A stretch of DNA of 49,976 nt from Candidatus Altiarchaeota archaeon (lineage in GTDB: Archaea > Altiarchaeota > Altiarchaeia > IMC4 > QMZM01). The position numbers and the translations under genes were made by a program. Of this stretch, positions 20,056 through 28,445 are shown in pieces; position 1 is the first letter of the stretch, and every line of letters starts with the position of its first letter. The notes beneath the pieces are model-generated. The model made no database searches and was not told the DNA's origin. It was given only the letters and a program-made list of their open reading frames with translations. The stretch lies in assembly GCA_016931955.1 (NCBI GenBank), contig JAFGDV010000029.1:1-49976 (forward strand). Reading direction: 5' to 3'.

Positions 20056-20748
20056 TTCAGCCTCAATCTGCGCCCTCACCACGGAGACGAAATCCATAAC
20101 ACCTTTAGACTTCGTTTTTCTAAGCCTCCAATCCTTAAGCTCCTTCTTCGACAAAATGGGGGAATATACTTGGTAAACCCACTTCCGTCCAAGCATCAAT
20201 AAGATGGCCGCTATGCCTAAGAATGGGAGCGAAAAAAACAGGGCGCCTTCAGGGAATATGGCGAGCATCAAGACTGCCGCCAACAACCCGACTGCTAGGA
20301 AAAACATGAACCCGATCAAGTGTATTAGATTGACAGACCACGTCTTTACCAGTTGGATATCAAGGATATCAGAGTACCTTAAAAACGAATAAGACCCCCA
20401 CTCCCTTACTATGCCGACTGTGGTTGCGTAAAAGTTCACAAATTTGTCGGAGTAGAACGCAATTATCTGATCCTCCTTAGGCAGGAACCTGATCATCCGC
20501 CACGCATTTAATGGCATGGTTTCTCCCAGATACTTCTCACCCCCCTTTATAAGCTGTATGCCCCTAAATAACAGGTTCTTAAATACTGCGCCGCAGTTCT
20601 CGCATACGACATGCATCTCCCCTTCAAGCTTTCTCCTGTCTAAGGAGTTCACGCCCTTACACAGCGGACAGCCTCCCCCAAACTGCGCATTAAACGACGT
20701 CCTCTGGAAATCATCAATGCCCGTAGAAATCTGATCCAGTAGACCCAT
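20041..20748 (-). CDS. Hypothetical zinc-ribbon membrane protein
   Basis: CPLC...CENC, two C-terminal TM helices; start uncertain. Confidence 0.6.
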   Translation of the reverse strand: MGLLDQISTGIDDFQRTSFNAQFGGGCPLCKGVNSLDRRKLEGEMHVVCENCGAVFKNLLFRGIQLIKGGEKYLGETMPLNAWRMIRFLPKEDQIIAFYSDKFVNFYATTVGIVREWGSYSFLRYSDILDIQLVKTWSVNLIHLIGFMFFLAVGLLAAVLMLAIFPEGALFFSLPFLGIAAILLMLGRKWVYQVYSPILSKKELKDWRLRKTKSKGVMDFVSVVRAQIEAESEAT

Positions 20749-20786
20749 CCTGTATATTACAGGGAAGTAAATCAAGAAATATCAGC

Positions 20787-21248
20787 TCACTCAAGGACCT
20801 TCGCCCCAAGTATTCCCCCAATGACACAAAGAACCAGGCTGGGGATCAAATGGAATATGAAAGCAAATAATAGACCAAACATCAAAGCAAAAACCATTGT
20901 ACCTGCATTATATTCGTATTCAGGGAACAACCCTTGCATGAATCCCTCTAATCCAACACTTCCAATACCCAACATAACAACACCAGAAGCTATAATCGCT
21001 ATTAGTATGGAAAACACGAAGGCAGTTAATGCGCCGACAATCGCGCCATCAATCAATTCCAACCGGCCCTTTTTCCTCTTAAGCAGGGATGAAGCCAAAA
21101 TGCCACCTCCCAGAAGCCAAACACCGCAAAAGCATGCTTGGATGTTTTCCACAATCGGCATATAATTCATGGCGAAATATAGGATTGCTATAACAACACC
21201 GGCTACAATAGCAGGGACAAGCATGTCAGAGAACTTGGACATAAGCAC
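20787..21248 (-). CDS. Hypothetical four-TM membrane protein (DUF5518-like)
   Basis: Four hydrophobic helices, GAIVGA and GGILG motifs. Confidence 0.65.
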   Translation of the reverse strand: MLMSKFSDMLVPAIVAGVVIAILYFAMNYMPIVENIQACFCGVWLLGGGILASSLLKRKKGRLELIDGAIVGALTAFVFSILIAIIASGVVMLGIGSVGLEGFMQGLFPEYEYNAGTMVFALMFGLLFAFIFHLIPSLVLCVIGGILGAKVLE

Positions 21249-21296
21249 ACCTTGTTACATATATCCTCTACAGCATAGATACTTTTCTCTTACCGT

Positions 21297-23069
21297 TCAC
21301 TCCACGGTCACAGATTTCGCGAGATTCCTGGGCTTATCGGGGTCGAGTTTCCTCAAGACCGCGATGTGATAAGCCAATAGATGCAGTGGGACAATATACA
21401 AGATAGGTGAGAGGATGGGGTCTATTACAGGCGTCTTTAAGGCGCCGTTCTCCCCCACAACAATAATGGAGGCGTTCCTTGCCTTAGCCTCCTGTATGTT
21501 GCTGTCCATCTTCTCCAAAAGATCGTCGTTAGGATTTATTGCAACAACTGGAACACCCTCCTCCAGCAACGCCAGGGGTCCATGCTTTAACTCACCCGCA
21601 GGATAAGCCTCCGCATGAACGTAGGCTATCTCCTTTATCTTGAGGGCGCCCTCAAGCGCCGTCGGATAATTCAATCTCCTGCCAATGTAGAAGAAGATTT
21701 TCTTGTCGAATAGCTTTTCTGCAAGTCCCTTAACCTCCTCTTCGTTACCTAGGATCTGCCCGATCTTATCGGGGAGGCTGTGGATGTCGTCTATAATCTC
21801 ATCCAAGTAGTCAGCGCTGATCCTCTGCAGCTCCTTTGCAAGATAGAGGCTGAGTAATGTTATAGAAGTAAGCTGGCCAACATACGCCTTAGTCGATGCA
21901 ACCGCGATCTCCGGACCAGAGTAGGTATATATTATATCGTCAGATACCCTGGTAAGGGTCGATCCTACAACATTCACAATACTTACAACATAAGCCCCTC
22001 TTTCCCTGGCGTCTTTGACCGAAGCTAGGGTGTCTGCTGTCTCACCCGACTGCGAGACCGCTATAATCGCACAATCCTTGTCTATTGTATTCACGGTCGA
22101 GTAGCGGAACTCTGAACCTAAAACGAGCTCTGAAGGTATTGAAAACCTCTCCAGCAGGTATTTTCCAACGAAACCAGCATGAGATGCGGTCCCGCATCCA
22201 AGAAAGTATATTCTCTTATAGTTTTTCAACTTCTTCGCTATTTTTTCAATATCTGGGAGCGCTTTTACGGCGTTTTTCACCGCCTCAGACTCCTCGAAGA
22301 TCTCCTTTAGCATAAAGTGCGTGAATCCCTCCTTTTCAGCCTGCTTTATGTCCCACTCGATCTCATGCACCTTCTTCGTTATCTCTTCTCCTGTTTGAAG
22401 GTCCTTTATTGTGACATGATCTTTAGTCACTATACCATAGTCGAAGTCATCCAGTATCAGAACCCTCTTAGTATAGGGGAGGACTGCAGGCGTATCAGAT
22501 GCTATGAACTTCTCACTGTCACCTAAACCGACAATCAGTGGGCTGTCTTTTCTCGCTATCAGGATCCTATCGGGTTCCTTGGCAGATAATACCACTACCG
22601 CGAAACTCCCCCTGAGTCTCTTCACAGCCTCCCTGAAGGCTTCCTCGAATGAGTCAACGTAAAGCTCACTTATCAGGTGAGGTATCACCTCTGTGTCCGT
22701 CTGCGACTCAAATCTGTGACCTCTCTCCATCAACTCCGCCTTCAGGTCGCGGTAATTCTCAATGATCCCATTGTGTGCCACGATGAATTCGCCTTTGGAG
22801 TCACAATGCGGGTGTGCGTTTTCCTTTGAAGGCTCTCCGTGGGTCGCCCAACGGGTATGAGCTATCCCTATCTTTGAAGTGATTGCTTCATAGCCTGATT
22901 CTTTCATCACCTTATCCACTGTCCCCTTGTTCTTGAATACTACCACAGAATCATCTGACAGGCATGCTATTCCTGCAGAATCGTATCCCCTATACTCTAG
23001 GCGCTTCAGCATCTCAAAGAGGATCTTTGAAGCGCTTTTATCCCCTATGTAGCCTGCAATACCGCACAT
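21297..23069 (-). CDS. glmS: Glutamine-fructose-6-phosphate aminotransferase
   Basis: MCGIAG, HTRWATHG, SQSGETADT, PRNLAKSVTVE. Confidence 0.98.
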   Translation of the reverse strand: MCGIAGYIGDKSASKILFEMLKRLEYRGYDSAGIACLSDDSVVVFKNKGTVDKVMKESGYEAITSKIGIAHTRWATHGEPSKENAHPHCDSKGEFIVAHNGIIENYRDLKAELMERGHRFESQTDTEVIPHLISELYVDSFEEAFREAVKRLRGSFAVVVLSAKEPDRILIARKDSPLIVGLGDSEKFIASDTPAVLPYTKRVLILDDFDYGIVTKDHVTIKDLQTGEEITKKVHEIEWDIKQAEKEGFTHFMLKEIFEESEAVKNAVKALPDIEKIAKKLKNYKRIYFLGCGTASHAGFVGKYLLERFSIPSELVLGSEFRYSTVNTIDKDCAIIAVSQSGETADTLASVKDARERGAYVVSIVNVVGSTLTRVSDDIIYTYSGPEIAVASTKAYVGQLTSITLLSLYLAKELQRISADYLDEIIDDIHSLPDKIGQILGNEEEVKGLAEKLFDKKIFFYIGRRLNYPTALEGALKIKEIAYVHAEAYPAGELKHGPLALLEEGVPVVAINPNDDLLEKMDSNIQEAKARNASIIVVGENGALKTPVIDPILSPILYIVPLHLLAYHIAVLRKLDPDKPRNLAKSVTVE

Positions 23070-23088
23070 CTTAAGAAGAATGATGATT

Positions 23089-23433
23089 TCAGCCCTTTAA
23101 TCTCATGATGGCTTCGGCGATGTCCCCCTTGCACTCCTCCAGAGTCTTCTTTGCCTTATCCTTGCCGACTCCTGCTTGCTCAGACACCATCTCAACGTCT
23201 TCCTCGCTTATCTCCACCTCGGCTTCAACCTCCTGCACCTTGACCGTTCCCCCTGAGATGGTGAACATATCCTTACCACTGACTGTCATCTTCACTACCT
23301 CAGGGTTCTCTATGACTGTCTCCTTCTCCGGCCCGATGATTACCACAGCGGTCGCATCTATCTCCTCTGTTTTGATACCCATCTGCTTCATCATCTGCTT
23401 CATCTGCCTTGGGTTCAATCCACCTGGGAACAT
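23089..23433 (-). CDS. nac: Nascent polypeptide-associated complex protein
   Basis: NPRQMKQMMKQMGI, UBA tail GDIAEAIM. Confidence 0.95.
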   Translation of the reverse strand: MFPGGLNPRQMKQMMKQMGIKTEEIDATAVVIIGPEKETVIENPEVVKMTVSGKDMFTISGGTVKVQEVEAEVEISEEDVEMVSEQAGVGKDKAKKTLEECKGDIAEAIMRLKG

Positions 23434-23475
23434 CCTACATCCTTATTCTTTGTCTTTGAATGCTTAAAAGTTAAC

Positions 23476-24051
23476 ATGGCAAGGGCATTCATAGCCGTTC
23501 CATGCCCAGAAGAACTGAGGAAGGGCTTGATCGAGATCCAAGATAAGATAAAAGGATTCGGCAAGATGAGGTTGGTCGAGCCAGAGAACATACACATGAC
23601 GCTGAAGTTCCTGGGCGAGGTCGATGAAAGGAGATTTGGGGAGATAACTAATGCATTAGATTCGGTCTCAGAAAACCAGGGGTTCGAGTTGTCCCTGAAG
23701 GGCGTTGGCGTCTTCCCGAATAAGAGCTATGTTAGGGTCATCTGGGTCGGGGTGGACAACGGCCAGGATACGGTGATGAGAATACAGAAAAGGATCGACG
23801 ACGTACTAGTTTCTTGTGGATTCAACAGAGACAACAGATTTCATCCACACTTCACCCTGGCCAGGGTTAAGTCAGTAGACAAGAGCAAGTTGGGAAAATA
23901 CCTAGAAGACAATTCTGGACTGGAATTAGGCGGCTTCTACGTCAATGGAGTGGATCTTATGGAGAGCCTATTAAGCCCGAAAGGTCCCACTTATTCAGTA
24001 ATCAAAACCTTCAAGTTTTTTAGTCGGACATCGAATAAACATACAAGGTAG
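23476..24051 (+). CDS. thpR: RNA 2',3'-cyclic phosphodiesterase (2H family)
   Basis: HMTLKFLGE and PHFTLARV 2H motifs. Confidence 0.95.
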   Translation: MARAFIAVPCPEELRKGLIEIQDKIKGFGKMRLVEPENIHMTLKFLGEVDERRFGEITNALDSVSENQGFELSLKGVGVFPNKSYVRVIWVGVDNGQDTVMRIQKRIDDVLVSCGFNRDNRFHPHFTLARVKSVDKSKLGKYLEDNSGLELGGFYVNGVDLMESLLSPKGPTYSVIKTFKFFSRTSNKHTR

Positions 24052-24062
24052 ACTGTGGGTGG

Positions 24063-24779
24063 ATGATGGAAAAGATAAATACCGGCGCCCCCGGCCTAGA
24101 TGACATGCTTGGGGGAGGGCTCGTCAGGGGGAGACCTTATCTGCTCTGCGGCGGTCCCGGTGTTGGGAAAACAATACTAGCGATACAGTTCCTCCGGGAG
24201 GGTTTACTTAATGCGGAGAAGGTCCTCTACATATCGCTCGAAGAGACGGCCGACCAGCTGAAGAACGATATGTCTGAATTCGGCTGGGATATAAGCGACA
24301 TAGACGTAGTCGACACGGCCCAGGAGATAACCGAGGGAAAGATGTTTTTGAGGACGGATGAAGTTGGATCGCATCCGGAGTTCACCCTGTCGAGCCTCAT
24401 AGAGGTAATAAACAGTAAATTAGACAAACAGAATATCAAGAGGATCGTCATCGATTCCTTGACCAGTGTTATGTCGCTCTATGAGAGCAAGGTGGATATG
24501 AGGAGGAATGTAATGTCTCTCATGAACTTTCTCTCCACAACAGATTGTACTACGTTGATCATCGATGAAGTAGGTGGCCTGAGCAGACTGGATTCTGTGA
24601 TGGAGGAGTTCCTCGCGAGTGGGGTTATAAAGATACATACAGTAGAGAAGAAGGGGGAGATGTTACACAGTATAAGCATTGAAAAGATGCGGGGAAGCGA
24701 TTTCGACAAACACATCAGACCGATGAAGATCACCAGCAATGGCGTTGTTGTTTTCCCCGAGGAGACGCTCTTTGAGTAG
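24063..24779 (+). CDS. KaiC/RAD55-like RecA-superfamily ATPase, single domain
   Basis: TGAPGLDDMLGGG, Walker A GGPGVGKT, SLEE, VIDS, KMRG. Confidence 0.9.
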   Translation: MMEKINTGAPGLDDMLGGGLVRGRPYLLCGGPGVGKTILAIQFLREGLLNAEKVLYISLEETADQLKNDMSEFGWDISDIDVVDTAQEITEGKMFLRTDEVGSHPEFTLSSLIEVINSKLDKQNIKRIVIDSLTSVMSLYESKVDMRRNVMSLMNFLSTTDCTTLIIDEVGGLSRLDSVMEEFLASGVIKIHTVEKKGEMLHSISIEKMRGSDFDKHIRPMKITSNGVVVFPEETLFE

Positions 24780-24780
24780 G

Positions 24781-25155
24781 CTACTGTGCTGTTCTATGGA
24801 CTATCCGCATACTTGTGGGGGCTAGAAGGATCTTCTCATGGGATATCCTACCTATGTCACCGTCTATCTCAATACAAACATCCCTCAGCCTCTTTATGAT
24901 ATCCCTAAGCAGCACCTTGTTGTGGAGCAGTTGCTTCACATTCAATACAACTATGTTATTCTTCTCAAGCTCTCTTATCGCCTCTTCAAGGCCTCCTCCT
25001 TCATTGTCTAGATCTAGCGGCTTTATGTAGGTTATATCCTCTCTCTCGATTATCTTTCCTTCGCGGATGCTCATCTCGTTCAGATAGTCTTCTATGTCTA
25101 TATCCTCCTCAACTGGCTCTTCTCGGCGGAATATTTTTCTAAAGGGCATTTTCAC
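24781..25155 (-). CDS. sepF: Cell division protein SepF (archaeal type)
   Basis: NIVVLNV, IDGDIGRI, ILLAP at the C-terminus. Confidence 0.85.
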   Translation of the reverse strand: MKMPFRKIFRREEPVEEDIDIEDYLNEMSIREGKIIEREDITYIKPLDLDNEGGGLEEAIRELEKNNIVVLNVKQLLHNKVLLRDIIKRLRDVCIEIDGDIGRISHEKILLAPTSMRIVHRTAQ

Positions 25156-25373
25156 TCCTTATAAATTATATTTTATTGCTAATAAGCTTATGATGTTTAT
25201 GGTAATTATTAAATTCTCGTATATAAATTCAACTCAACTATGAACTATCTATGTTAAGCCAATGAAAAGTTGAACAAAGTTTAAAATTTTGTTTTTGACG
25301 TCTCCGTCAGCCTATTCCCAAGTCCTGACTTTATCTTTTAACCTCTCAGACTTTATTTATTAATCCCCCATGG
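25156..25373. other. AT-rich intergenic region upstream of cdc6; candidate replication origin or divergent promoter
   Basis: About 220 bp, strongly AT-rich, adjacent to cdc6; imperfect direct repeat GACTTTATyTwTTAA at 25327 and 25349; no canonical ORB recognised. Confidence 0.4.
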
Positions 25374-26657
25374 GTGGCTGAGGATAGAATGATTGACGAA
25401 TTACTCAAAAACGAGTTAGGCGATAGAAAGATATTCAAAGACAAAACAATACTTTCACCCCACTACGTTCCATCGGAGCTGCCCCACAGAGACAAAGAGA
25501 TAAAAGGCGTTACTCAGATCATAGGCCCCGCACTGAGAAACGAAAAAACAAGCAACCTGTTCATATACGGCGGACCGGGGACAGGCAAGACCTGCGTCGT
25601 AAAATACGTCATCCGCAAGATCCAAGAGTTCCTGAACAAGCCAGAGATGGTCGACGAAGGTATCCTCGTGAAGGTCGCCTACATGAACTGCAAGATAAGG
25701 AACAGCAAGTACCAGGTCCTGCTGAAGACACTCGAAGACGATGCCTTGAATGATGAAAAGCTCATGGATGCCCCCCTCAAGGGACGCTCTGAACCAAGCC
25801 TGAAGGGCATGGACCCAGCAGACCTCTACGACAGACTATTCAGGGTGGTCGAGAAAAACAATATGAACCTTATCATAGCCCTCGACGAGATAGACATGGT
25901 AAAAAAAGGATTAAACGACCTCATGTACATACTCACCAGAATAAACGACGAACTGGGTGCAGGACACGTTTCCGTGGTAGGGATATCAAACGACAGAAGG
26001 GTTAAGAACAGACTCGACCCAAGAAGCAAAAGCACCCTCTGCGAGGAGGAGATGATATTCCCCCACTACAACGCGGTTCAGTTGAGGACAATCCTGAACC
26101 AGAGGGTAGAGGAAGGCTTCCAGCCAACTGCAATAGACGATTCAATGATAAGGAAGATCGCGGCTTTCGCCGCCCAAGATGGTGACGCAAGATACGCCCT
26201 AAAGCTACTTAAAAAAGCAGGCGAGATAGCACAGAACGAAAACAAGAACGCTGTCGACATGGAAGACGTGGAATACGCGAGAAACCTTGTCGAAAAAGAC
26301 ATCATGACAGAGTCGATAACGCTGCTGCCAGAACACCAGCAGATAGTTATATACTCCATAGCATCACTGGCAGTCGACGGCGGGATGTATAAGAGGCTCT
26401 CTGGCAGAGGCACCGGAGACCTGCTCACAGGAGAAGTCTACGAGGCATACGAAGCAAACTGTAAGGCACTGAATCGGAACCCTCGAACTATGAGACAGTT
26501 CTCAGAATACCTCAACGAACTGGAGATGTCGGGACTCATAGCGATGAGGCTTTCAGGGAAAGGCATAAGAGGCACAACCAGGCTTATCAGATTAGGTTAC
26601 CCACCCAACGAAATCAAGAGGATAGTGAGCAAAAGCCTCGGTCTGGGGTCAGATTAA
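25374..26657 (+). CDS. cdc6: Orc1/Cdc6 replication initiator
   Basis: LPHRDKEI, GPGTGKT, LDEID, LDPR.KS, GDARYAL, C-terminal winged helix. Confidence 0.95.
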   Translation: MAEDRMIDELLKNELGDRKIFKDKTILSPHYVPSELPHRDKEIKGVTQIIGPALRNEKTSNLFIYGGPGTGKTCVVKYVIRKIQEFLNKPEMVDEGILVKVAYMNCKIRNSKYQVLLKTLEDDALNDEKLMDAPLKGRSEPSLKGMDPADLYDRLFRVVEKNNMNLIIALDEIDMVKKGLNDLMYILTRINDELGAGHVSVVGISNDRRVKNRLDPRSKSTLCEEEMIFPHYNAVQLRTILNQRVEEGFQPTAIDDSMIRKIAAFAAQDGDARYALKLLKKAGEIAQNENKNAVDMEDVEYARNLVEKDIMTESITLLPEHQQIVIYSIASLAVDGGMYKRLSGRGTGDLLTGEVYEAYEANCKALNRNPRTMRQFSEYLNELEMSGLIAMRLSGKGIRGTTRLIRLGYPPNEIKRIVSKSLGLGSD

Positions 26658-27734
26658 ATCTTCATAGATACCAAGCAGCCGCTCTACGGTTTTGTCAAGG
26701 GAGTGCTCTTTGATATACTTCAAGCAATTCTTCGAGAACTCATCCCTCCTTCCATATGCTTTACCTATCTTCTCCATAAGATCCACGAGATCTCCCTGCT
26801 GGTACAGGAAGCCCACTCTGCCGTCCTTTATCGTGTCCTTCAAGGCGAGGGCATTTGCGCCTATTATAGGGACACCACAGGCCATCGCCTCCAATGCCAC
26901 AAGGCCCTGTGTTTCCGCAAGCGACGGAAAAATGAACAAGTCAAGTGAGGAATAGAACTTCAGGATCTCCTCCCTGGAGAGGAAGCCAATGAATTTAACA
27001 TTCCTCTTACCTTCAGCCAATTTCTTATAATAGCGAGTCGCAGGCCCCTTTCCTGCGATTATTATCTGGCCTTCAAACTTGTCTGCTATCCCGATGAGGT
27101 CCTCAAGATGCTTTTCATATCCAAAGCGGCCGCAGAAGCCGATAACCTTGCCATCCCTTACCCCATGCTTTTTCTTAAAGGATACAGGGTTCTTGTATTT
27201 GAAGAAATCCAGGTCCACACCATTGGAAAGAACCATAACCTCTCTCACACCCTTATCCATGAGCCTCTGCTTTATGGACTCAGATGGCGCAGTAACTAGG
27301 TCGCATGAATTCAGGAGCCGCCTCTCCCAGAAATTATACAACTTCATCAAAGTCTTCTTGAGTGCCTGCTTCTTTGTTATATAATCTATGTAGTCGTCTG
27401 CCGGCGTATGATATGTCAGAACTCTAGGTATCTTATACCTCTTTGATACATAAACCCCGGCCATCGCCATCGTAAAAAGGCCATGGATGTGTACTATGTC
27501 TAAGTCCTTGGCTTTCCTAGATATCCGCGTCGGAAAAGCTATGTTATAGCCTTCATAGAATTTGAACTCCACTGACCTGAAGGGGTACTCGTTCTCCCCT
27601 GGAGTGTGACTGCTCCCGGGGTAATATATCCTGACTTCATGATGTTCTTGAAGCCTTTTAGCCCACGCATCTATCGTGTAAGTGACTCCGTTAACCTGCG
27701 GAAAATACGTGTCAGTGAAGATGCCGATTTTCAT
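26649..27734 (-). CDS. GT4 glycosyltransferase (monoglycosyl-lipid synthase-like)
   Basis: IFTDTYFPQVNGV, YHT, ETQGLVALEAMACG. Confidence 0.9.
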   Translation of the reverse strand: MKIGIFTDTYFPQVNGVTYTIDAWAKRLQEHHEVRIYYPGSSHTPGENEYPFRSVEFKFYEGYNIAFPTRISRKAKDLDIVHIHGLFTMAMAGVYVSKRYKIPRVLTYHTPADDYIDYITKKQALKKTLMKLYNFWERRLLNSCDLVTAPSESIKQRLMDKGVREVMVLSNGVDLDFFKYKNPVSFKKKHGVRDGKVIGFCGRFGYEKHLEDLIGIADKFEGQIIIAGKGPATRYYKKLAEGKRNVKFIGFLSREEILKFYSSLDLFIFPSLAETQGLVALEAMACGVPIIGANALALKDTIKDGRVGFLYQQGDLVDLMEKIGKAYGRRDEFSKNCLKYIKEHSLDKTVERLLGIYEDLI

Positions 27735-27740
27735 GTTGTA

Positions 27741-28445
27741 TTATAGTATCCTCTTCCGCTTAATTAAATAGCCGACGCATATTCCAACCACCAGAACCAA
27801 GACAATCACCAGCATAAGCTCGGCATACGGCACCTCTACTACCCCCGGGATCTGCGCCAAAGTCGTTGTTACATTACCCATCACATCAGAGGTCGCATTC
27901 CATGCTGAATCAGGGACATTCTCCAACACAGCCCCACCAGCCTCCTTCATCATATAAAGCTCCTCATCTGCGCGCGGTGGCATGTGGGCAAGCGTCGTCG
28001 ACACCTTATCCGCTGCCTGCATTATTCCACCTGTTCCGAGAAAACCAACATTCTCTCTGGCTTCTTCAGCGATGAAACCCAGGCTCACAATCGACTGCAG
28101 CCTGGCTAGGAAACTGTAGACCGCCGCGAACAACGCCAGAACAGACACCGTCAAGACAATCCAAACCCTCTTTTCATGAGGATTCAGTATCTTCTCCCCC
28201 TTGGATGTTAGCCTATAATATTTCCACTTCATGCCCTTATCCAGCTGCTGTATCAAACCAGCTGAAACCAGCTTATCCAAGTGCTCCTTTATGGTCGAAG
28301 GAGCCATGTCTAATTCAGTGGCTAGATCGGTCAAAGTCAACTGAAAGCGTTCATCCAACTTCTTCAATATGCTGACCCTTGAGTCAATAGCCAAGGCCTT
28401 AAAGGTTTCCCTGTCAAGCGTGATCTTATCCTCCACTCCTCTCAC
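27741..28445 (-). CDS. ArsR-type winged-helix regulator with two TM helices
   Basis: FKALA...RVSILKKL, STIKEHLDKL..AGLI, YYRLT.KG, then TM, loop and C-terminal TM. Confidence 0.85.
   Translation of the reverse strand: MRGVEDKITLDRETFKALAIDSRVSILKKLDERFQLTLTDLATELDMAPSTIKEHLDKLVSAGLIQQLDKGMKWKYYRLTSKGEKILNPHEKRVWIVLTVSVLALFAAVYSFLARLQSIVSLGFIAEEARENVGFLGTGGIMQAADKVSTTLAHMPPRADEELYMMKEAGGAVLENVPDSAWNATSDVMGNVTTTLAQIPGVVEVPYAELMLVIVLVLVVGICVGYLIKRKRIL

Noticed and set aside
24063-24779. KaiC-like ATPase as a circadian clock component
   Set aside because: Single-domain KaiC/RAD55 ATPases are widespread in archaea, and there is no kaiA or kaiB nearby
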